64,000 bases of DNA from Raillietiella orientalis. Lineage: Eukaryota. Both the position numbers and the translations under genes were made by a program. Of this stretch, positions 10,483-21,649 are shown piece after piece; position 1 is the first letter of the stretch, and each line of letters starts with the position of its first letter. The DNA is taken from contig JAYWIR010000091.1 in the NCBI GenBank assembly GCA_036172245.1, forward strand, positions 62,001 through 126,000. The letters run 5' to 3'. Below the pieces are notes generated by a model. That model saw nothing but the letters and a program-made list of their open reading frames with translations. It did no database searches and was not told where the DNA came from.

Positions 10483-13400
10483 TTTTCACCCGGATTTCGC
10501 CGAGGCGTTTATTGTAAAATACACATTTACAAAGACATGCAGTGGCTTGACCATTCCTTCAGCCACGCACGAAGAAACACAGAGCGTGCTGGTTCACCGC
10601 TTTGCAGACCGGCACGCACCACTACGGCAGCAGTGGGAAGGGGGAAAAACAAAAAACAAAACAAAAAGAAAAGAATATACTGGGAGGGTACAGGAAGGTA
10701 TCACTGTAGCTGGTGGGGCCGTTGCATCCTTTGCAGGATGCCGGCAAGCTCTTGCTGCATGCTTAAATCCAGGTGGATCCATCGCGACGCTCTCCTCAGG
10801 AAATGGGAGGCTGGCTGGATGGAACCCTAGTCTCGTTGTCCTCCCGTAGCCTTGATCCAAGCGGTGACGATCCAGCGTAGACAGCATAAATCTGCTAACG
10901 AGGCCGCTACCCGAAGGTCGTCGGCAACGAAGAGGGCTTTCAGAGCGTCCCTGAGGTTGCTGCAGGGGATTCCGATGGCCGCGGCAAAGCGAAACCAAAG
11001 GTGCCTAAGGGCAACACAATCCACTAGCAGATGGGGGAGGGACTCCGTTTCCCACACCTGACGCAATTCGGGTCCACCGCTACCCAGGTCCAGTGGTGTC
11101 GGCGGGCGTTGCATGGGAGTCCCCAGTGATGCAACAGGAGAGGCGACTCTTGCCATTTTAAGAAGGGGGTGGAAGAGTTCATGAGAGCTGAGGGCCACAT
11201 CAGATGTTCAATGGGAACATCGAGAAGCGTGCTGCAGCGCAGAAGTCCATTGGAAGGCGTACTCGGGGACGCAGCGTCTGTTAACTGGCCCGTCTTACAC
11301 TCTCCTATCTTCTTCTTTTTCCCGGAGATTGTTACTGAAACCTCCCACTTCGCCGCAACATCGCTGTAGAGATCTTCCATCAGGGAGGGCAACGCAACAG
11401 CGAGGGGGTTCTTCCTGCCCACGCTCTCTTCTTTGGATCCTTCAGGATCTCGCGGAGCGTGCAACATCTGTAATCCCGAAACAGGAAGCTTCGTTCCTCT
11501 TGAGAGCGTTGCCTACCGAACAGTCCCCACGTTCGAACGGCTTCCTGCAACCAGGCACTACCGTTTGCGTGGAGACAGGTGATCCATCCTTGATTTTTGC
11601 TTGCCAGCGCAGCCACCCTCCGTAGCTCAAGCCCAATTCGGTTGATGCGGCTTCGATGGAGTGCCAGAAACAACGTAAGTCCCGTATTGCCGGTGGCTTG
11701 CTGAAGGTGGAGACGTGCAGGGACGCACCAACAGGTGCACCACAACTCCGGCACAAGTGTTAAAATCCGGAACTGGAGCTACAGCCTTAGCCGCTCCAAT
11801 GTCAGGAGGCCGAGACCACCGTTCCGACGCGGAGCGCACAAGTCCTTCAATCGGACTCGGGCCCTCCCGTTGCCCGAAGGCGCGATACGGAGAAGGTCCT
11901 TCGTCCGCTTTTTGTTCCTCTCTGTTGGGGGGCAAACAACAAGCAGGGAACGGAGGAGAGGAGCCGCGGACGTGTTCCAAACCGCGGTCCGTTCAGGCAA
12001 GACAAACCTGTCGCCTTGAAATGGGCCGATCGCCGTCTCTACTTTTGGAGGCAGCCGAACCACGCATCCGCAGGGGAGTAGTCCTCCAACGGCACACCAA
12101 GGTACTTGTAGTACCTCACCGTGGGGATCCCAATGCGGACTCAGTCCTGCTGCCCTACCCACGCCGCACCAACTGGCATCACGGACGACTTCTCACTGTT
12201 CAGCTGAAGACCGGTTCCCCGATTTAGCAGATCGAAGGACCCCTCCATCGCCAAAGACGGGGTGGACATACGGAGTAGCAGCAGAAGGTTGTCCGCGTAC
12301 GCTGAAACCGCCGGCGTACCGGCTCAGTCGTGCGGCAGGTGCGCCAGAGTTTCCCGGTAAGTTCTCAGTACCACCACGAAGTAGGTGCTGAAGAGCAAGG
12401 GACTCAGGCTGTCTCCCTGTCGAATCCCACGCCGCACCGCCACGCCGTGCACGGTCTGCCCGCTGAAAGAACCTTTGATGAGCGCGTCGCGTCAGCAGTA
12501 GCGCAGATAGGCCACTAATGAGGCCAAGAAGTTCAAGCGTTCCAGAAGCTCCAAAAGGAGATTCTTGTTGACGCAATCGAATGCTTTCCGGAAGTCCATT
12601 GCGATCGCAAGCGCTCCTGCCCCCGCCCGACGATCCCACCCCTTGCCGGTACACGCACCGGAATTCCGGCTGCGCACCAAGCTCCTTTCATGTTGCAGCT
12701 CTAGCCAGGTGCATGCGTGGAACAGTTTCGACTTTCCTCGCGACGCAGGTGGTCGACTGTTTCGCCTTCGACCACCAGTTTGTGGGGAAGAGGGCAGCCC
12801 TCCCGAACGGCCACGCGCGAAGCAGTGAAGCCGTGTTGCAGCCTTGTGTAGTCCTCGAAAGGACAAACTTTCGTCCACTGCGCGTGGACCGTTCCGTATT
12901 CCTCCAACGCGGCGCGAACCTGTTCCTTGCGACTCCGCGCGGTAACACCTAACAGGTGGACCACTATGCTGCGGTCCGCCGTAATAAAGAGGAGCCTGCT
13001 TGTCTTCATCACCATGGGGTTTTGAAGCAGTCGTTGTGCCAGCTCTGCTTGTTTGCAGATGACCTAAACGTACTGACACCCGCTGCGGATGGTCATAGCG
13101 CTGAGCTTCTCCTCTTTCACATCGAGAGCGCGCATGCCCTTCTAGAAGGCGCGCGCAATCTCTAAAGAATATAGATTGCCTACCTTGTAGAACAATGAGG
13201 GGATGTACCCCTCCTCTACATTGGCCGACAATCCCGCCGCGGCTGCAGGCGATGGCTCCGACACAACGGTGCTTTACGCCCGCGCTGCAGCGGGGACCGA
13301 TTCTGAGGGGGCGGATGCCCCCACCTCCATCTCCTATGGGGGCGAGGTTGCCGCCGCTCCTTGGCTCTCCATCGCCTCTGGGGGCGGCGTTGCCGCTGCA

Positions 13401-13510
13401 CCCTGGCCATCTCTGGTGGTCGCGTCATGCATCCCTGCCTGATGTACCGTCGAACCACGCAACGCTCGCACTAGATGAGACTTTCTGGCAGTAGGAGCAC
13501 CGAGAAAGGG
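10483..13510 (-). mobile_element. Family E LINE with a large internal deletion (ORF1 fused to RT near 12740)
   Basis: Flanked by CTCACAAAGCATTCGA at 10467-10482 and 13511-13526. 3' end AATAAACGCCTCGGCGAAATCCGGGTGAAAA. ORF1 is homologous to 26733..28148. RT motifs MDFRKAFD and RQGDSLSP. Confidence 0.85.
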
Positions 13511-13526
13511 CTCACAAAGCATTCGA

Positions 13527-15258
13527 TTTTCACCCGGATTTCTCCGGGTCGTTTACTAAAAAATAAACTTTATAAAGAAATCATTTATGGCTGTGGCAAT
13601 GCTCCAGCCAGAAGCGAAGAACCAAGGAGCCTGCCAATTCACCTGTTTCTAGACCGGTACGGTCCATCATGGCAGCCAGGGAAAGGGGAAAAACAAAAAA
13701 CTGAACAAAAAGAAACAAAGGGTGGGAGGGAACGGAAAGGGATCACTGATGCTGCTGGGGCCGCATCATTTCTCTCAGGATGCTGGCAAGCTCTAGTTTG
13801 TTGTGAATATCCAGGTGTGGCCATCGCGACGCCCTTCTCAGGAATTGGGAGGCGCACTGGATAACATCCTGATCGCTAGGTCCTCTCGTCGCCGTGCTCC
13901 ATGCGACGATGATCCCACGAAGGCAGCACAAGGCTGCTTTCGAGGACGCTGGCCGCAGGGCGTCGGCAACAAAGAAGGCAAAAGCCTTCTTTGTTGTGCG
14001 TCCCTGGGGTTGCTGCAAGGGACACCGATGGCCGCGGCAAAGCGGAACCAAAGGGGCCGAAGGGCAACACAATCTACAAGGAGGTGGGGGAGGGACTCCC
14101 GTTCCCCGCACCTCACACAATTGGGATCCACCGCTCCCCGGTTCCAGTGGTGTCGACGGGCATTGCAGGAGAGTCCCCTGTGCTGCAACAGGAATGCCGA
14201 CTTTTGCCATTTTAGGGGGAGGATGGAAATGTTTATAAGAATCGGGGGCCACTTCAGATGTTCAATCGGAACATCCAGCAGCGCTCTTCAGCGCAGAAGT
14301 TTATTAGGAGGCGTATTCGAGGTCGCAGCATCAGTTAGCTGGCCCGGCTTCTACTCTCTTTGCTTCTTCTCCTTCCCGGAGATTTTTATTGTAACCTCCC
14401 ACTTCGCCGCAACATCGCTGTCCTGATGTTCTACTTGGGAGTCCAGCGCAGCAGCGAGGGTGGTTCTTCCTGACCAGGCTCTCTTCTTAGGATCCTCCAG
14501 GATCTCACGGAGCGTGCAACTTCTGTAACACCGAAACAGGAACCTTCATTCCTGTTGGGAGGGTTCCATGCCGAACTGTCCCCCCGTGCGAACGGTTTCC
14601 GGCAACCAGGCACTACCGTTCGCAGGGTGACAGTTGATCCATCCTTGATTTTTTCTTGCCAGCGCAGCCACCCTCCGTAGCTGAAGCCCACATCGATTGA
14701 TGCGGCCTCGATGGAGTGCAAGAAACAACGTAAGTCCCGTCATGCCGGTGGCTTGCTGAAGGATTAGACGTGCAGGGACGCACCAACAGTTGCACCACAA
14801 CACCGGCACAAGTGTCAAAATCCGGAACTGGAGCTTCACCCCAGCAGCACCAATGTCATGATGTCATGACCACAGTATTGACGCGGAGCGCACAAGTCCT
14901 TTAAGCAGACTCGGGACATTCCGTTGCCCCAAAGGGCGATACGGAGGATGTCCTTCATCCTCTTTTTGATCCTCTCTGTATGGGGGCAAACAAGAAGCAG
15001 GTAACAGAGAAGAGTATCCGCGAACATGTTGCAAACCGCTGCCCGTTCAGGCAGAAAAAACCTGCCGCCTCGGAACGGGATGATAGCCGTCTCTACTTTT
15101 TGAAAGCAGCCGGACCACGCTTCCGCAGAGGAGTAGTCCCCCAACGGCACACCAAGGTACTTGAAGAACCTCACCATAAGGATCCCCAAACAAATCCAGT
15201 TCTGCTGCCCAACCCACGCTGCACGTGCTGGCATCACGGACGACTTCGCCCTGTTCCA
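13527..15258 (-). mobile_element. 3' part of a second, tandem family E copy
   Basis: Hairpin terminus ACCCGGAGAAATCCGGGTGAAAA. Colinear with 10483-12200. Confidence 0.85.
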
Positions 15259-18200
15259 TTCGCCTGGTCGGCCTAGCAGCGCAGTCATCAGGCCTTCCGA
15301 GTTGTTCAACAACAACGCGTAGGCCCTATGCGCCGAATACGGCCAGTCATTCCAGTGAGTGGCAATGTCCAGAAGGTGTCGCGTATCCATGATTTCTATG
15401 TAGTGTGCAAGCGACTTCATCCCGGAACTGCCTTCATCCCTGGGACGACACAGGGGTTTAACTCGGACTCTTGGGCGATAGTCGCCCCACAGTGTTTTCC
15501 TCTGAAGCTTGTCGCACTTCCTCGTTTTGTCCTTGTTCATCCTCGCGAAGGCTGCCAAAAGAGCACTTTTGAAAGGATTACTCCGTTCCATATGTTGGAC
15601 TTTCGCTTCATTCCAAGGTCCGTTCGTGTGTACTTGGCTGCTTCTTTTGCCGTGTTCCCTAGGGTCTCGGTCCACAATAGCTTCGACGCGGTGACGTCGC
15701 CAATGAAGACACCCAGGTACTTGGCCTTGTCCACCGTTCGAAATCCTCTCCCTGCTAGAGTGGAGAGATCGAGGATTCCAACGGGCAAGAGCTGGCTTTT
15801 CTACGCGTTGATCTTTAGATCCAGGCCTTGATCCATCAGGTCTACCACATGCAGAAGCGCTCGTTGATTTCTCTCTCCCTTGAGAAAGAAGAGTAGATCA
15901 TCAGCGTATGCCAGATGGGTAAAATGCCGCCCATCGATTGTTATGCCTTGCATTCGTCCGCTTTTCTCAATAAAGGACGACAACGCCTCCATGGAGATGG
16001 CGAACAGCATCGAACATAGCAAATCGCCCTGCCGGACTCCCCGTTCTATCCGGATTGGTGCCGTCTCCTGGCCGTTGATTTTGATTCGGCAGTACTGGTT
16101 CGAGAGTAACACCCTCACGAAGTGGTTGAAGTGTTCCAAAAGGCCTAGCTTCCCCGGAACCTTCAGCAGCATCCTATGGTCGATGGAGTCGAAAGCCTAA
16201 TCCATGTCAGTGAACTCCAGCGCCAGGTTCTCACCGACATATCGGCTGAGCCATACTATGACCTGGGCGAACTTGACATTCTCCGACATGTGGCGACCTT
16301 AGACAGCGCATGTGAGGACCGGAGAGATCAGCTTCGTCATGACCCTGCCTAAGCGGTTGGACCAGATATTCGCCAACCACTTCGCATCCGAGTTCAGGAT
16401 CGAGATTGGCCTCCATTGAGCGACATACGTGAGGTCTCCTCCTTTTGGCAACAATCTCATCTGAGTCTCGTAGAAGGACTGTGAAAGTCTTCCTTCTTCG
16501 CGGATGCAGAGGGTCAACTGGTGGAACAAACGCAGGTAGGCATGCAGGTACCGCTTATAGTGAGTGATGGGTACGCTGTCAGGGCACGCTGCCACGTCCT
16601 TGCTTAGTTGACCAAACGCAGTCTTCACCTCATCTTCGAAGAACTCCTCCTCCAGTCTGTTCCGCTGGTGATCGTCGGTCCTCTTCTCGAGGTAGCTCAG
16701 AAAGACTTCTTGACTTGAGCGACATAGATGTTGTCGCCTGAAGTGTTTCGTGTAATGCCTGTGAAAGGCATCCACGATGTCCTCAGACGACTGTCGCTTT
16801 TGACCGTCCTACTGGATGCAGAAGATATCTGTTGCCAGATTTTCCTGCTCCAGCACGCCGACTTCCAATTTTCTGTTCTGAAATTCGTACCGACTCTCGT
16901 ACTCATCGAAGTACTTTGAGAGTGAGCGATCTTGGATGTTCAGCTGCCGGTACGCCTCCTGCCTCAAGCGCCTTTCCCCAAACTGCATGCTTGCAAACAG
17001 GTGTAACCTGTGTTTCAGGCTGTCCCAGTCGGCGACTCTTAGGATTGTTGTTGCCTTCAGAATCGTCTACAGGACAGCCTGATATCCGGGATGGGTTTCG
17101 AACCAGGCGTGCATGCTCATGAGCGCCGCCCTGGTGCCTTGCCTCCGCCGAGGATTCTTCGTTCTTAAGGAAAACCGCACCAGGGGGAGATCGGACACCG
17201 TGGTCATAAAGTTTTGATAACCCTGGATGCGATTTTCAAGTTCGGTGCTGTGCAGGACGTGATAGATCGCCTTGTGACTTGCAGTTCGAAACACCAGTCC
17301 GAACTCTTCAATAGCCGCCGATACGCCGTCCTTCTTCTGGCGTCTTCGGAGTGAGTGATCTCATCCAATATGTTAAGATCGTCAGAAACAATCACGACGT
17401 CCTTGGGGGCAACCTTTTCACGGAGTGCTGCATGCAGCGCCTCCGCACAACGATGTTTCAGCCTGTGCGGCCCGTACACGTTCACCAGCATGAGGTGTAA
17501 AGTAGCGGACCAGCCCAGTCGCGCGCCGATGATTCGTTCGGGTGGGGGACAGAACACTTCCAGAATAGTGGGGGCCAATTTTTTCTTCATTAGGACCGCC
17601 ACTCCCTGCGTGTTTTGTTCTCCCTCGCTGACGAACATCTGACGGTTGAATCGCCGTTCCATTGGCGGCCTAATATCGAGACCCATCTTTTGGGTCTCCT
17701 GCATGCTGACTATGTCTTGTGCGATGGTCCGCACAATCCTTTTTCTTTTTCTTCGGTCGACCACAACGTTTACATTCCAGGAGGCGATGTTCAGCCTGCT
17801 CGTGTTTGATAGGGAAGAGGCCATAAAAAAGGAAGACGTATTTCTTGGCCTTCCTGAGCTTCTTCTGTCTGAGAGAGCGTGCGCTTCCAGACAATGAAGA
17901 AGCAGCGGGCTTCTCGCTGTCGGAGTCACTCTCTTTTCCGGTGAGGTCGGTTACTTCCACCTCCTACGTAGAATGTTCGGCTTGCGCAATGAATTTGGCA
18001 GATAGCGTTTCTATCTCGACCTTGGCGCAGAAGCTCGCCTTTATGTCGAAAAGCTGTTCCTCTAGCTTCTCGCGTTCGGTGTCCTCCACAAGCTGGTTGA
18101 CCTTTTCCAGTGCATTGCGAATCTTCTGCTAGATTTTTTCTTGCTGGGGACCGCTCGGCACATCTAGGACTTTATTAGCCAGTGATGCCAGCTCCTCGGT

Positions 18201-19766
18201 AGATTGCACGGCCTCCTGCGACACCGGTGAGGCTTCGGCTTTTTTTTCTTCCGTGCCTTTCCGCGCTACCTACATCTTCTCGCCTTCTTGCTTTTCTTTT
18301 TCTAAGTTAACAGGTATTTCTTGCTCCTTGATGAGCATCCTCCTCTTTCCTTCCTTCCCTAACTGTATAAAGCCTTCTTTCGATACCATGACGGCTTCCT
18401 TCACCTTGTTCATCCTTCCTGCCTTTTAAGGCTGTTTTGCCTCCTTGGTGTTTCTCTCTCTCACGGGAGAGAGACTTCGAATCCTTCTGCAGTTTGCAAA
18501 CTCCGGACAGCTCCATTTGGCATATCCGTGTTTCTTGCAGAAGGAGCACACCTCCGGCTGCGGGCAGTTTCCCACTTGAAGTCCTACTTTGCAGCAGCGA
18601 AAACAACGACAAGTTGGGCAAGCGCCGGACCTGTGGCCGAACTGCTTGCACCCGGTGCAGAATATCGGTTGTTGCCGGTAACGCACGTTCACTCCCTGGG
18701 ATTGTTCGTCAATGAACGCCAACCCAGGTATAACAGCTCCCTCCTTCATCTTCATCTTGCCGAGCATGTCGCCAGAAAATATCTTTTCGGAGATGTTCTG
18801 GAAGTTAAGGTCCAGAAATTCCCCATACTGCTCCAGGAAGTTCCACACCGTTAGTTGCGGTGTGAGGATGGAGATGCCCTTCAGAAAGGCGGTTGTGTAT
18901 GGCATTCCGTTAATACCACAAACCATCCTTTCTTGTATATTGATCCCCTTCTGGATCAATCGCTCTCTAATATTTTCACAGTCTGTGAAGACTGTTAACC
19001 CGTTATTTGCCGGTATGATCGCCTGTATGCGATCAAAATTGATATCCGTTTAATCGAGTGACAGATACACCTCCCTGGCATTAGGAAATTTACTCAGCCC
19101 AGTCTTGAAAATGATGGGATTCAGATTCGTCTCTAAATCCACGATTGGCCGATCCACCGTTTGGGTTTTGCCGCATAGCGGCTTCCCGAATCTTCTTGGT
19201 GGTTGGACACTCGCTTGTCCAGCCGCCACCGACGCATAGGAAAAGGGTTGCGCCGCCGCAGCCGAACAAGATGCCGTCTCGCCCTGCACCGCGTGGACGC
19301 CCGCGAGTCCTGCTTGGGACGCCGCCGCCGCAAGCGCAACCTTCGACGTCGCCACCGTTGCCGCCGCGGGCGGCACCTTCGGCATCGCCGCCGCAGGAGC
19401 GACCTTCCCCGCCGCGGGCACGACCTCCGGCGTCGTCGCCGCGGGCAAGACCCTTGGCATCGCCGCCGCCGGCGCAGCAAAGCCCGCCGAGGGCGCGATC
19501 CTCCGCATGACTGCCACCGCCTCGCCGTTGCCGCACGTTACCTCCATGGCTTCCATTGGGGACGACGGTCTCTCCACTCCTCCTCTAGTTGCCTGCATCC
19601 TGACAGCTGGTCTTGCTGCACGGGACCACTGCTGGTCTTTTGCCGCGATCTCCTAGCCGCTTCTTTTGTAGTTTCGTCTGGGAAACTTCCTTTCTCCGGG
19701 CACACACGAGCACAAGTAACTGATTAAGTTGTCGAGCGCACAATAATTCGAGCCGCGAAGCGAGTT
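15259..19766 (-). mobile_element. Family F LINE (divergent lineage, three-knuckle ORF1), 3' end deleted
   Basis: ORF1 starts MQATRGGVERP. EN NIASWNVN; RT GVRQGD, LAYADD, KYLG. 5' end AACTCGCTTCGCGG. Confidence 0.88.
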
Positions 19767-19780
19767 CGCTGTCTCGGCAG

Positions 19781-21649
19781 TTTTTCCCAAGTCCCACGAG
19801 GGATGATGTAAGTTTATTTTTCTAAAATTTTTCTATAAAAACATTCACACTACAATCTCATCCATACCATTAGCACTTTTTTTTACCACTATGAAGTCCT
19901 TGGGTTCTCACAAGTTCTGCACTCATGGTGAGTTTCCTGCTGTTTGGTCCCGGGCGTCGTCTTCTATCCTCTTCAGGATGAATCGGTACGTCCAGGCTTG
20001 GATTTTCCAACAGTTTCTAATGCCGATTTCCCTCTTCAGGAGCCCTTGTAGGATCTCCATCGGTGGTGCGGCTCTTCTGGCTTTCCTCATTTTCCACCAC
20101 CGCACAAGTATGGCGGTGATGAAGAGGGCGATGGTCGTCCTCACCATGGGATTGTAACAAGGAACATTACCATCCCCTTGAAACATCCCGGCGAGGATCT
20201 CCATTAAGGACCTGCTAGTGAGTCCGATGACCATTTTCAGGATCAGCCAGCCATGCAGCAATGTGGGACACGTCAAGACGTGAAGTCTCGTGTCGATGTC
20301 TCCACATGCTGTGCAGTCTCGATCTTCCCTTCTTCCGGTGTAGTGCTGCAATCGGGACCCACTCTGGATTCCTCCATGATAAAACATCAGGAGGTCATCC
20401 TGGGTGCCCGGCGGAAGGTCACTCCTCAATAGCGTCGTGCCAATCGCTAACAGGTTGATCCGGTCACTCCCGTAGCGATCGGCGGCTTCCTGGAGGGCAT
20501 TAATATCACTGTGTTCTTCTTGAATTAGTCATCGGAGGTTTGTTTTGGTTACCCTGGACCACGCAAAGTCCTTGTGATTGAACCACACTTCGCGAGTCAT
20601 GTGGGTAAACCTTCTTAACATCATCTCTATATACCTGAGTATACGAGTGTGATGTAGGTACCCTGTTCGTTTTCACTCCTGGATTCGTTGAAGGGTAACT
20701 CTGGACCGCTGGTGGATCCAGCTTCTCGTGTCCGGCTGGACAGGAAGCATCGAAGGGATCACCAGGATGAACTCGTCATGCCAGAGTTCAATACTTCTCG
20801 GCACGATCTTTATTTTGTGGTTTCGCACCAGCCGTTGGTTCCTCGTCCAGGTTGGGTCGATTTTTTCCTGTGTTTCAGGCAATCAGTTGACGACTCTTCG
20901 GATTGTTGTTGCCTTCAGAATAGTCTCCAGGACAGCCTGATGTCCGGGATGGGTTTCGCACCAGGCGTGCATGCTGATGAGCTCCGCCCTGGTGCCTTGC
21001 CTCTGCCAAGGATTCTCCGTTCTTAGGGAAAACCGCACCAGGGGTGATCGCACACCGTGGTCATAATGTTTTGAAAACGCTGGATGCGATTCCCAAGTTC
21101 GGTGCTGTGCAGGACGTGATCGATCGGCTTGTGACTTGCAGTTCTCCACACCATTCCGAATTCGTCGGATAACCGCCGATACGCCGTTCTTCCTCTGGCG
21201 TCTTCGGAGTGAGTGATCTCATCCAATGTGTTGAGATCGCCAGCAACAATCAGGACGTCCTTGGAAGCAACGTTTTCACGAAGTGCTGGATGCAGCCCCT
21301 CCGCACAACGATGTTTTAGCCTGTGCGGCCCGTACACGTTCACCAGGATGAGGTGAACAGTAGCGGACCAGGCCAGTGGCACGCCGATATTTCGTCCGGG
21401 TTGTGGACAGAACACTTCTAGAAGAGTGGAGGCGAAGTTGTTCTTTATTAGGACCGCCACTTCCTGCGTGTTCCGTTCTTCCTCGCTGACGAAAAACTGC
21501 CCGTTAAATCTCCGTTCCATTTGCTGACTAATCTCGAGACCCATGTTGTGGGTCTCCTGCAGGGACACTATTAACTGATTAAGTTATCGAGCGCACAATT
21601 AACTGATTAAGTTATCGAGCGCACAATACTTTGAGCCGCGAAGCAAGTT
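19781..21649 (-). mobile_element. Family F copy with both termini but two large internal deletions (ORF1 and RT lost)
   Basis: F 3' end at 19781 and 5' end at 21649. Deletion junctions near 20868 and 21570. Confidence 0.85.
21571..21626. repeat. 28-bp tandem duplication TTAACTGATTAAGTTATCGAGCGCACAA x2
   Basis: Read directly. Single copy in the other F 5' UTRs (about 19717 and 62151). Confidence 0.9.
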
